A DNA stretch of 37,889 bases, from contig DATNKY010000260.1 of assembly GCA_035603155.1 (NCBI GenBank), positions 1 through 37,889 of the forward strand, given 5' to 3'. The DNA comes from Solirubrobacteraceae bacterium. GTDB lineage: Bacteria; Actinomycetota; Thermoleophilia; Solirubrobacterales; Solirubrobacteraceae. Each line of letters begins with the position of its first letter. Within the stretch, counting starts at the first letter, position 1. Under the pieces are notes generated by a model. The model ran no database searches. It saw only the letters and a program-made list of their open reading frames with translations, and was not told where the DNA came from. The translations under genes and the position numbers were made by a program. Of the stretch, positions 1 through 11,578 are shown one piece after another.

Positions 1-993
1 ACCACCGTCGACTTCGACCAGGTCCTCTCGATGTTCACGCCGGCGACCCGCGTCGGCGTCGCGGCCTCGACGATCGGGTTCGGCCAGGCGCTGGCGGGAC
101 GCGGTCCGGACATCAACAGTGCGATCGGGGCGTTCGTCCCGCTGCTGACCGATCTTGCACCGGTCGCGCGCAACCTCGCCGCCAAGCGGACGGACCTCGG
201 CGGCTTCTTCCACGGCCTCGAGAACTACAGCGCGGCGCTGGTGCCGGTGGCGCAGACGCAGGCCACCCTGTTCTCCAACCTCGCGTCGACATTCCGGGCG
301 CTCGCGAGCGTCGCCGTGCCCTCGTTGCAAGAGACGATCTCCGAAACCCCGCCCAACTTCGAGGCGACGATCGCCGGCAGCCCCGTGATCCGTCCCTTCC
401 TCCTTGACACGGCCGCGTTGCTACACGACTTCCGCCCCGGCGCCGAGACTCTTCCCCAGAGCGCACCGGTGCTCGCCTCGGCGTTCAAGATCGGCACGCG
501 CACGCTGCCCCCGACGGCGGGGCTCGACAAGCGGACCGTCGCGCTTTCGAAGTCGGTAGCGAAGTACAGCGCAACTCCGGGGGTCCAGCAGGGCCTCGAT
601 CGGCTCACGCTGACCGCGTCGAAGCTGCAGTCGCCGCTCGCCTTCCTGACACCCGTTCAGGCTTCGTGCAACTACGTGACGCTGTTCCTGCGCAACATCT
701 CGAGCGTGCTGTCAGAGCACGTCAGCCAGGGCGGTCTGCTGCGGTTCGTGCAGATCGCGATCGATGACCTCCCCGGTGCCGAGTCACAGCCCTCGCAGAA
801 GGTCTACCCCGGGCCGGTCGGCTCGAGCTCGGGACCGCTCCACGTCAATCCGTATCCGTTCACCGACTCCCCGGGCCAGCCCGCCGCCTGCGCCGCCGGC
901 AACGAGCACTATCTGACCAGCCGCGCGGTGCTCGACAACCCGCCCGCGAAGCGGACGCTGTCGACGGAGACGACGAAGAAGAGCGGCTCGTGA
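1..993 (+). CDS. MCE/MlaD family protein, C-terminal part (5' truncated by window edge)
   Basis: Frame is open from base 1 (TTVDFDQVLSMF..., equivalent to the 'VQLDQIFSTF' post-MCE-domain motif of the paralogues). Long helical region; GTGA overlap with the next MCE gene. Confidence 0.85.
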   Translation, partial: TTVDFDQVLSMFTPATRVGVAASTIGFGQALAGRGPDINSAIGAFVPLLTDLAPVARNLAAKRTDLGGFFHGLENYSAALVPVAQTQATLFSNLASTFRALASVAVPSLQETISETPPNFEATIAGSPVIRPFLLDTAALLHDFRPGAETLPQSAPVLASAFKIGTRTLPPTAGLDKRTVALSKSVAKYSATPGVQQGLDRLTLTASKLQSPLAFLTPVQASCNYVTLFLRNISSVLSEHVSQGGLLRFVQIAIDDLPGAESQPSQKVYPGPVGSSSGPLHVNPYPFTDSPGQPAACAAGNEHYLTSRAVLDNPPAKRTLSTETTKKSGS

Positions 994-2432
994 GGCGCCA
1001 CCGCTCCAGGATCTCCAACCTCGCCGCCGGCCTGATCGCCGTGGTCGTGATCGGGGTCGTCTGCTACCTGGTGTTCGGCGGTTCGGTGCCGTTCGGGCCG
1101 TCGTCGTTCGTGCTCAACGCGACGTTCACCAGCCAGACCGAGCTGCACCTCGACTCGCCGGTCCGGATCGCCGGCGTGGATGTCGGCAAGGTGACATCGA
1201 TCAACCCGGTCAAGGGTTCGCCGAGCGCCGCGACGGTGTCGATGACGATCAGCAGCAATGCCCTGCCGATTCACTCCAACGCGACGGCCGACATCCGACC
1301 ACGGCTGTTCCTCGAGGGCAGCTACTACATCGACGTGCGCCCGGGCACGCCGAGCGCGCCCACGCTGCACAGCGGCGACACCCTGCCGGCCCCGAACACG
1401 ACCGGGCCGGTCCAGCTCGACCGGGTCCTGTCGGCGCTGAACTCGAACACGCGCGCCAACCTGCAGACGTTGCTGCGCGGGTTCGGCGGGGCGCTGGACG
1501 GCAAGCCGACTCCCGCGGAGGATGCCACCCAGGATCCGACGCAGCGTGGCCTGACAGCGGGCCAGTCGCTGAACCAGTCGCTCAACTACGCCTACAAGGC
1601 CTTCCAGGCCTCCTCGATCGTCAACGAAGCGCTGCTCGGCCAGCAGCCGAATGACCTCTCCGGTGTGGTCGTCGGCGTCGACCACACGTTCAGCGGGCTC
1701 GCGGCTTCCCAAGCGCACCTCGCGCACCTGATCACCTCGTTCAATCAGACGATGGGGGCGCTCGCCGCCCGCCAGCAGGACCTATCAGAGACGATCGCGC
1801 TGCTGCCGCCGACGCTGCGCGCGGTCGACAGCGCGCTCGGTCCGATCCAGGCGTCGTTCGGGCCGACGCGCCAGTTCGCGCGCGCTCTGCTGCCGAGCGT
1901 CAAACAGCTCAACCCGACGATCGTGGCCGGGTTCCCGTGGATCGCGCAGTCCACCGCGCTGTTCTCGCCGCCGGAGTTGCCGAACCTGCTGGCGTCGCTG
2001 ACGCCGGCGATCCAGGGCACGTCCGCGACGCTGACCGCGAGCAAGGCGCTGCTGAACGGATCGAACGAGCTCGCGCGCTGCTTCATCCATAACGTGATCC
2101 CCACCGGGAACCAGAAGATCTCCGATCCGCCGATCACGACCGGCCTGCACGTCTATCAGGAGCTGTTCCAGTCGGCCGTCGGGCTGGCGGGCGTGGGACA
2201 GAACTTCGACGGCAACGGCCGCTATGTGCGCGCGGCCGCCGGGGGCGGTGCCGATCGCGTCCAGACCGGCTCGCTCGGGTCTTCCGGACCGCTGTTCGGG
2301 AACGCGGTCCTGCCTCCGCTCGGAACGCGCCCCGCCTTCCCGGGCAAGGCGCCGCCGGTCCGCGACGACGTTCCCTGCTTCAAGAACCCGCAGCCGAACC
2401 TAAACGCGGCCAAGACCGGAGTCGGCCCGTGA
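990..2432 (+). CDS. MCE/MlaD family protein
   Basis: N-terminal TM anchor; MCE motifs LHLDSPVRIAGVDVGKV and LFLEGSYYIDVRPG; long helical tail; GTGA-coupled on both sides. Confidence 0.92.
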   Translation: MRRHRSRISNLAAGLIAVVVIGVVCYLVFGGSVPFGPSSFVLNATFTSQTELHLDSPVRIAGVDVGKVTSINPVKGSPSAATVSMTISSNALPIHSNATADIRPRLFLEGSYYIDVRPGTPSAPTLHSGDTLPAPNTTGPVQLDRVLSALNSNTRANLQTLLRGFGGALDGKPTPAEDATQDPTQRGLTAGQSLNQSLNYAYKAFQASSIVNEALLGQQPNDLSGVVVGVDHTFSGLAASQAHLAHLITSFNQTMGALAARQQDLSETIALLPPTLRAVDSALGPIQASFGPTRQFARALLPSVKQLNPTIVAGFPWIAQSTALFSPPELPNLLASLTPAIQGTSATLTASKALLNGSNELARCFIHNVIPTGNQKISDPPITTGLHVYQELFQSAVGLAGVGQNFDGNGRYVRAAAGGGADRVQTGSLGSSGPLFGNAVLPPLGTRPAFPGKAPPVRDDVPCFKNPQPNLNAAKTGVGP

Positions 2433-3799
2433 AGCGCGCGATCGCGGTCCACCGGATCGACTTCGCGGCGATCGTTGTGCTCGTCCTGCTCGCGATCCTG
2501 GTCAGCGGCTACATCCTCGAGCACCAGCCCGCGTTCTCGTTTGACCAGTCGTATTACACGGTCAAGGCGCCGTTCTCGACCGGCGCCGCGGTCACGTCCG
2601 GCCAGGGACAGGCGATCACCATCGCCGGTGTCCAGGTCGGACAGGTCGGCGGCGTCTCGCTCAAGGACGGCCAGGCCGTCGTGACGATGAACATCTACAA
2701 GAAGTACGCGCCGATCTACCGCAACGCGACCGTCCTGCTCCGCCCGCGGACTCCGCTGAAGGACATGTATCTGGCCCTCGATCCCGGCTCCAAGGGCGCC
2801 GGGACGGTCCCCAACGGCGGCAGCCTGACCGCCGCTCAGACGAACCCCGACATCGACGTCTCGCAGATCCTCTCGTCGCTCGACGCCGACACGCGCAACT
2901 ACCTGCTCCTACTGCTCGCCAGTGGCGCGCAGGCGTTCCATGATCACGGCTCGACCACGGAGGCGCCGAGCCCCAAGGCGGTCGCTGACCTGCGGGGGAC
3001 GTTCAAGCGCTTTGAGCCCCTCGACCGGGACACGCTGTCGCTGACGCACCTGATCGCGGCGCGTGACAACAACCTGCGCCGCTCGATCCACAACCTCAAT
3101 CTCGTCGCCAACTCGCTCGGCGACGTCGATACCCAGCTGTCATCGTTGGTCTCGTCGTCGGACACGAACTTCTCGGCGATCGCGGCCAACGACGCACAAC
3201 TCGAGCAGACCCTGTCGCTGTTCCCGGGCACGCTGCGCCAGACCCAGCAGACGGTCGGCAAGGTCAAGACGTTCTCGCAGGCGAGCACCACGACGCTGCA
3301 CGAACTGGTCCCGTTCGCGCGCAACCTCGGCCCCGCGCTCGCCGCGTCGCGGCCGCTGTTCCGCGACACGACGCCGGTGATCAAGAACCAGCTGCGGCCG
3401 TTCTCGGTCGCCGTCCAGCCACTCGCGCGGACGCTGGCGTCCTCGTCGGCCTCGCTGTCGCAGACGATCCCGAAGCTGTCGAAGTCGATCGGCGTTCTCA
3501 ATGACCTCTTCAACACGCTCGCCTACCAGAAGAAGGGGGGCGAACCCGGGTACCTGTTCTGGGGCTCGTGGCTGTCTCACATCGCCGACAGCCTGACCTC
3601 CGCCCAGGACGCCAACGGCCCGGTGATCCAGGGGATCTTCATGGGAACGTGCCTGCAGTTGAACTTCTTCGAGCAGACCCTGGAGCCTGCCAGCGCGCCG
3701 CTCGGGGCGATCCTGGACCTGCTCAATCCTCCGCCCATCGCCGACTTGCCGGGAGTCACGCCGATCCCGGAGACCACCCAGTTCAACTGCCCGAGTTAG
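2429..3799 (+). CDS. MCE/MlaD family protein
   Basis: TM anchor; ITIAGVQVGQV and TPLKDMYLALDPG MCE-domain motifs. Confidence 0.92.
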   Translation: MKRAIAVHRIDFAAIVVLVLLAILVSGYILEHQPAFSFDQSYYTVKAPFSTGAAVTSGQGQAITIAGVQVGQVGGVSLKDGQAVVTMNIYKKYAPIYRNATVLLRPRTPLKDMYLALDPGSKGAGTVPNGGSLTAAQTNPDIDVSQILSSLDADTRNYLLLLLASGAQAFHDHGSTTEAPSPKAVADLRGTFKRFEPLDRDTLSLTHLIAARDNNLRRSIHNLNLVANSLGDVDTQLSSLVSSSDTNFSAIAANDAQLEQTLSLFPGTLRQTQQTVGKVKTFSQASTTTLHELVPFARNLGPALAASRPLFRDTTPVIKNQLRPFSVAVQPLARTLASSSASLSQTIPKLSKSIGVLNDLFNTLAYQKKGGEPGYLFWGSWLSHIADSLTSAQDANGPVIQGIFMGTCLQLNFFEQTLEPASAPLGAILDLLNPPPIADLPGVTPIPETTQFNCPS

Positions 3800-3803
3800 A
3801 ACG

Positions 3804-5306
3804 ATGAGCAAGAAACGGCCCAGCACCACAGCAATCCTGACGATGGTCGCGTTCACGGCCTCGTGTATCGGGCTGCTGCTGTTCCTGTGGCTGTCGTTCG
3901 GCGGCTCGATCCCGCTGGCCCCCGAGGGCTACCGGTTCAGCGTCGAATTCGACGAGGCGGTCGAGCTCGCGACCCAGGCGCAGGTCGACATCTCGGGCGT
4001 GACCGTCGGCCACGTGGTCAGCGTCGGCCTTGACCACAAGACGGGGCTGTCACGGGCGGTGATCGAGATCAACAAGCAGTTCGCGCCGCGGCCGGCGAAT
4101 ACCCGCGCGATCCTGCGTCAGAAGACGCTGCTGGGGGAGACCTACATCGAGCTGTCGCCCGGCAACCCCAACGGTCCCAAGCTGCCCGATAACGGCCATC
4201 TATCGCAGGCGCACGTATCGCCGACCGTGCAGCTGGACCAGATCTTCTCGACCTTCGATCCGGCAACGCGGCGCGCGTTTCAGATCTGGATGCAGCAGGG
4301 CGGGATCGCGCTCACCAACCGGGGCGAGCAGTTCAACGCGGCGCTCGCCAGCCTGTATCCGTTCGCGACGAACGTGGAGTCGGTGCTCGCGGTCCTGCGC
4401 CGCCAGGGCGCGGCGACGACCACCCTGCTGCACGACGGCGGCCAGGTGTTCTCGGCCCTGAGCCGCTCGCCGACGGAGCTGCAGTCGTTCGTGCGCAACA
4501 ACAACGCGCTGTTCGCGGCGACGACCGCGCGGGACGTGGCGCTCGCCGACACGATCAAGGCGTTCCCGGCGTTCCTCAGCGAGTCCACCGCGACGATCAA
4601 GCAACTGACGCGGTTCGCCCAGACGACCAAGCCGCTGGTCGACGAGCTCCGTCCCGCCGCGCTCGCGCTCAACCCGCTGCTCGCGAAGGTGGTCGTGCTC
4701 GCCCCGGAGTTGCGCAGCCTGCTGATCAACATCGGACCGCTGACGCAGGCGTCGAAGGCGGGCTTCCCGGCACTCGCGCACTTCCTCAACGAGAGCGTCC
4801 CGTTCTTCACTCGGCTGGCCCCGTACCTGGGCGGCGTGGTGCCGGTCGTGAACTACATCAACACCTACAAGCGCGAGATCGCCGCCTTCTTCGCGAACAG
4901 CACCGCTACCACCGAGGGGACGCTGGCATCGGCGACCGGCGGTCTCAAGCACTACATCCGGATCTCGAACCCGGTCAACCCCGAGGCGCTGACGCCATAT
5001 CCGACGCGCCCGGACAGCAACCGCAGTGCCGCCTACCTGGCTCCGGGCGGCTACAACAAGCTCCGCTCGGGGCTGAATGTGTTCGGCAGCTATCTGTGTA
5101 CGAGCCACCCGCTGCCCGGGTTGGCCCCCTCGTTGTCGAACGGCACAACTTCGGTGGCCGGAAGCGTGTTAACACTTGCGCAACTTCTCCAGAAGTACTA
5201 CTTCACGTCTAACCCGTCCGGTCCGCGGTGTACCAGCCAGAGCCCGCTCGGCAAGCTGACGACCGGACAAAACCAGACCTTCCCCCATCTGCAACCGCTT
5301 CCATGA
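3804..5306 (+). CDS. MCE/MlaD family protein
   Basis: TM anchor; VDISGVTVGHV and KTLLGETYIELSPG motifs. Confidence 0.92.
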   Translation: MSKKRPSTTAILTMVAFTASCIGLLLFLWLSFGGSIPLAPEGYRFSVEFDEAVELATQAQVDISGVTVGHVVSVGLDHKTGLSRAVIEINKQFAPRPANTRAILRQKTLLGETYIELSPGNPNGPKLPDNGHLSQAHVSPTVQLDQIFSTFDPATRRAFQIWMQQGGIALTNRGEQFNAALASLYPFATNVESVLAVLRRQGAATTTLLHDGGQVFSALSRSPTELQSFVRNNNALFAATTARDVALADTIKAFPAFLSESTATIKQLTRFAQTTKPLVDELRPAALALNPLLAKVVVLAPELRSLLINIGPLTQASKAGFPALAHFLNESVPFFTRLAPYLGGVVPVVNYINTYKREIAAFFANSTATTEGTLASATGGLKHYIRISNPVNPEALTPYPTRPDSNRSAAYLAPGGYNKLRSGLNVFGSYLCTSHPLPGLAPSLSNGTTSVAGSVLTLAQLLQKYYFTSNPSGPRCTSQSPLGKLTTGQNQTFPHLQPLP

Positions 5307-5366
5307 GGCCGGCGCGGTGGACGGGCGGGTCAGGCGCATACATATCAATCATCAGAGGAGGACCAC

Positions 5367-6155
5367 TTGCGAAGGATCGTTATAGCCCTCACGGCACTTG
5401 TCGTGCTCGGGACGGCTTCGGCGGTGTACGCCGCGACCAGCAGCCCGATCAATACCTACACGGCGCCGATGAAGTTCACGCCGGGCAAGGGCGGGTCGGC
5501 GAAGAAGCCCGTCCCGACCAGCTTCACGCAGGACATCAGCGCGATGGGGACCAATGGCAACCGGACCGCCGTGACGCTCGACTTCCTGACCAAGATCTAC
5601 GGGCTGAGGGTCGACGGTAAGGACTTCCCGACGTGCAGCGCCGTCAAGATCGCGTCGCTCCACAGCGACACCGCCTGCCCGAAGGGCGCGCTGGTCGCAA
5701 CCGGCTCAATTGTTGCCCAGCTGGGAGGCAAGGCCGACTTCTCGAGTCCGGGAACGCCGTGCAAACCCGACCTTCATGTGTGGAACGGCGGTCAGGGCAA
5801 GCTGACCTTCTTCTTCGTCGTCGTGCCCCCGGTGCATGTCTGTGGTGGCCTGATGACCGGCAGCACACCGCCGTATCCGGCGACCTACAAGGTCCAGGGC
5901 AAGAACCTGGTGACCAACGTTCCGATTCCGGCCGCGGTTGATTTCCCGGCTCCCGGAGTCGCCGGCTCGCTCACGTCCGAGCACCTGGTGTGGCTGAAGC
6001 GGACCACCAAGGTCAAGGGCAAGACGGTCGCCGCGATCGCGTCCATCGGCTGCAAGGGTGGCAAGCGGCCATATTCGACCGCGATCAAGGCGAATCTGCC
6101 GACCACGAACGTGACGCAGACCGCCCAGGTCCCGGGCTCGGCCAAGTGCTCGTAG
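5367..6155 (+). CDS. Secreted, basic, six-cysteine hypothetical protein
   Basis: GGAGG RBS before a TTG start; Sec signal peptide (RRIVIALTALVVLGTASAVYA); 6 Cys, the last at the C-terminus; host-like codon usage. Confidence 0.8.
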   Translation: MRRIVIALTALVVLGTASAVYAATSSPINTYTAPMKFTPGKGGSAKKPVPTSFTQDISAMGTNGNRTAVTLDFLTKIYGLRVDGKDFPTCSAVKIASLHSDTACPKGALVATGSIVAQLGGKADFSSPGTPCKPDLHVWNGGQGKLTFFFVVVPPVHVCGGLMTGSTPPYPATYKVQGKNLVTNVPIPAAVDFPAPGVAGSLTSEHLVWLKRTTKVKGKTVAAIASIGCKGGKRPYSTAIKANLPTTNVTQTAQVPGSAKCS

Positions 6156-6173
6156 TCGCCTGACCAGCTACGC

Positions 6174-6206
6174 GTTGCGCGGGGGCCCGAGCGGCCCCCG
6201 CGCGAC
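6174..6206. terminator. GC-rich hairpin between convergent genes (probable bidirectional terminator)
   Basis: GCGCGGGGGCC-cgagc-GGCCCCCGCGC perfect 11-bp stem, extendable; no U-tract. Confidence 0.6.
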
Positions 6207-6256
6207 ATGCGTCGGGCCGGCTCTCACTTCCCCGCGTGCTCGCCCCCGCGCTCGCG

Positions 6257-7084
6257 TCAGGCGATCTCGTAACGCTCCTCGCGCTGCGCCTCGCGCTCGG
6301 ACTCGTTGAGCATCCGCACGAACACCACAACGAGCGCGATCCCCATCACGATCGACTGCTCGAGCGCCATCGTCAGCCCCGCCATCGATTGATCCTCGCT
6401 CGGTGACAGGCCCCAGTAGTGGGGATGGTGCTCGTAGAAGGGGTAGAACGAGGCCGGGGCGAACGCGAGCGCGATCCCGAGCAGCCCGACCAGCAGCTTG
6501 GTCGACGTCATGTAGGCGACCGGCCCGAGCCCGTTCAGCCGCATCCGGTTGCGGATCGGCGACAGGATGTGCCACCAGTACAGCGTCCCGGCGACCGCGA
6601 AGCAGAGGTGCTCGAACGCATGCACGTAGCTGTTGCTCAGCGCGGCGTCATACATCGCGGGGATGTGCCAGCCCCACATGAAGCCCGCGTACAGGAGCAC
6701 GGCGAACGCTGGGTGGGCGAGATAGCCGGCGCGCTCCTCGATCGCGTGCAGCCGACGCGTCACCGGGCGCAACAGCACCTTGGTGAGCCCGAGGATCAGC
6801 AGGATCGGCACGATGTCGAGCAGCAGGATGTGCTGGATCATGTGCATCACGAGCAGCTGGTCGCCGAGCCCGTCCAGCGGCGAGACGAGCGCCACGAGGA
6901 TCGCCAGCAGTCCGCACGTGAACACCGCGAGGCGGCCGAACCCGGGGCGGTGCGGCGATCCGGTAGCCCGGCCGCGGCGCCAGGCGAGCAGATAGAGGAT
7001 CGCCAGCGCGGCGACGCCGATCAGGACGCTCGGCTCAAACGACCAGGCGATCTTCGGGGCGACGTTCGGGGCCAACCTCGGCAT
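6257..7084 (-). CDS. ctaG: Cytochrome c oxidase assembly factor, Caa3_CtaG family
   Basis: Multi-TM; motifs ALVSPLD, HMIQHILLL, WHIPAMYD, HAFEH, DQSMAG. Confidence 0.85.
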   Translation of the reverse strand: MPRLAPNVAPKIAWSFEPSVLIGVAALAILYLLAWRRGRATGSPHRPGFGRLAVFTCGLLAILVALVSPLDGLGDQLLVMHMIQHILLLDIVPILLILGLTKVLLRPVTRRLHAIEERAGYLAHPAFAVLLYAGFMWGWHIPAMYDAALSNSYVHAFEHLCFAVAGTLYWWHILSPIRNRMRLNGLGPVAYMTSTKLLVGLLGIALAFAPASFYPFYEHHPHYWGLSPSEDQSMAGLTMALEQSIVMGIALVVVFVRMLNESEREAQREERYEIA

Positions 7085-7165
7085 TGTGACCGCTCGACAA
7101 AGTCCCGTGTCGTGATTAACCTCGGTTTCACATAGATCAACGCTTCCAAGCCAGGAGGTCGGCCG

Positions 7166-7519
7166 ATGCGGATCGAGGTAAAGGGGAGAAATCTGCCCGT
7201 TTCAGACGACACAAGGGAGCACGTCGTCAAACGCTTCCGGAAGGTCTCGCGGCAGGTTTCGGAACTGGCAGAGCTCGAGGTCGAGCTGTTCGAGGAGCGC
7301 AACCCCGCGATCGCCGATTCCCAGGTGGCCGAGGCGACGCTGCACCTCAAGGGCGTCACGCTGCGGGCTCGGAGCTCGTCGCGCGAGATGGTCACCTCGA
7401 TCAACAAGGTCAGCGAGGAGATCTCCGTCCAGGTCAAGCGCCACCGGGATAAGCGCCGGCGTCGGCGGGAAGCGCGCGCCGCCGCGGCTCCGGGAGGGGA
7501 CGTCTCGACCGCCACGTAG
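7166..7519 (+). CDS. hpf: Ribosome hibernation factor, short HPF/RaiA type
   Basis: MRIEVKGRNLPVSD... S30AE N-terminal fold; AGGAGG RBS; usual position upstream of secA. Confidence 0.85.
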   Translation: MRIEVKGRNLPVSDDTREHVVKRFRKVSRQVSELAELEVELFEERNPAIADSQVAEATLHLKGVTLRARSSSREMVTSINKVSEEISVQVKRHRDKRRRRREARAAAAPGGDVSTAT

Positions 7520-7557
7520 CCCTCCGGTTTCCCGTCCAGCGCTCCGCCTGCCCGCGC

Positions 7558-7563
7558 TACCCT
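7558..7563 (+). promoter_or_regulatory. Putative -10 box (TACCCT) for a leaderless secA transcript
   Basis: TANNNT hexamer 6 nt before the ATG; no SD sequence. Confidence 0.5.
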
Positions 7564-7569
7564 AGCCAT

Positions 7570-10431
<2,862 letters not shown>

Positions 10432-10473
10432 GCGGCGCCGAGACCGCAAGTGCCGCTGCTAGGGTAATCGCCG

Positions 10474-11578
10474 ATGCCTAGCGCACCCACAGAGCCGCTG
10501 CCCCAGCGCCTCGCGGCGATCCGCGAGCAGCTCAAGCTGCTCTCGGACTATCTTTGACCCAGCTGGGCTGTCGCGACGAGCCGGCGAGCTCGAAGATGAG
10601 ATGGGAGCGGCCGGGTTCTGGGACGACCAGGAGCGGGCCGCCCGCGTAAGCGCCGAGCACGCCCGCACGAGCCGCAAGCTGAACGTGTTCCGCGAGCTCG
10701 AGCGCGACGTCGACGATCTCGAGCCGCTCGCCGAGCTCGCCGAGGACGACCCCGAGCTCGCAACGGAATTCGAGGACCAGGTCAAGTCCGTCCAGGAGCG
10801 CCTCGCCGAGCTCGAGGAGCAGCGCCTGTTCTCGGGCGAGTACGACGCCGGTGACGCGCTCGTGACCGTCAACGCCGGCGCCGGCGGCACCGACGCGCAG
10901 GACTGGGCCGAGATGGTGCTGCGGATGGAGATGCGCTGGGCCGAGAAGCGCGGCTTCGACGTCGAGCTGCTCGAGGTGTCACCCGGCGAAGAGGCGGGGA
11001 TCAAGTCGGCGACATTCAGGGTCAAGGGCGAGAACGCGTACGGGCTGTACGGCTCGGAGAAGGGCGTGCACCGGCTGGTGCGCCTGTCGCCGTTCGATTC
11101 GGCCAACCGCCGCCAGACGAGCTTTGCCGGCGTCGAGGTCTCGCCGGTCGTCGAGGAGGCCTCGGAGCTGCAGATCGACGACGACGACCTCCAGATCGAC
11201 ACCTACCGCGCCAGCGGCGCCGGCGGGCAGCACGTCAACAAGACCGACTCGGCCGTCCGGATCACCCACAAGCCGACCGGGATCGTCGTTCAGTGTCAGA
11301 ACGAGCGCTCACAGTCGTCCAACAAGGCCGAGGCGATGACGATGCTGCGCTCGAAGCTGCTCGAGCTCGAGGAGCGAAAGCGCCGCGAGGAGATCGCCAA
11401 GGAGAAGGGGGAGGCACAGGACGTCAACTTCGGCTCGCAGATCCGCTCGTACGTGCTCCACCCGTACACGATGGTCAAGGACCACCGAACCGACTACGAG
11501 ATGGGGGACACCAACCGGGTCCTCGACGGGGATCTCGACGCGTTCGTCCGCGCCTATCTGGAGAAAACGGCCAAGTGA
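10474..11578 (+). CDS. prfB: Peptide chain release factor 2, join(10474..10554,10556..11578) via +1 programmed frameshift
   Basis: ATG 10474 opens 27 codons ending TAT CTT TGA C (TGA at 10555-10557); the +1 frame continues D-P-A-G... into the 10601 ORF; SPF and GGQ motifs present. Confidence 0.97.
10549..10558 (+). other. prfB +1 ribosomal frameshift site TAT CTT TGA C
   Basis: Canonical CTT-TGA-C slippery/stop context joining the two reading frames. Confidence 0.95.

Noticed and set aside
7111-7131. CRP/FNR-like site between ctaG and hpf (CGTGA...TCACA)
   Set aside because: Half-sites are 12 nt apart instead of 6, and the symmetry is imperfect.
10474-10600. prfB as a pseudogene, or starting at ATG 10601
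   Set aside because: The break is the canonical CTT-TGA-C programmed frameshift.
11293-11574. N-terminal extensions given by the ORF track for the decarboxylase (also ftsE 19987, HK 33558, cupredoxins 13899 and 15534, M16 20092)
   Set aside because: They overlap neighbouring genes or promoters; downstream starts have an RBS, -10 box or stop-start coupling.
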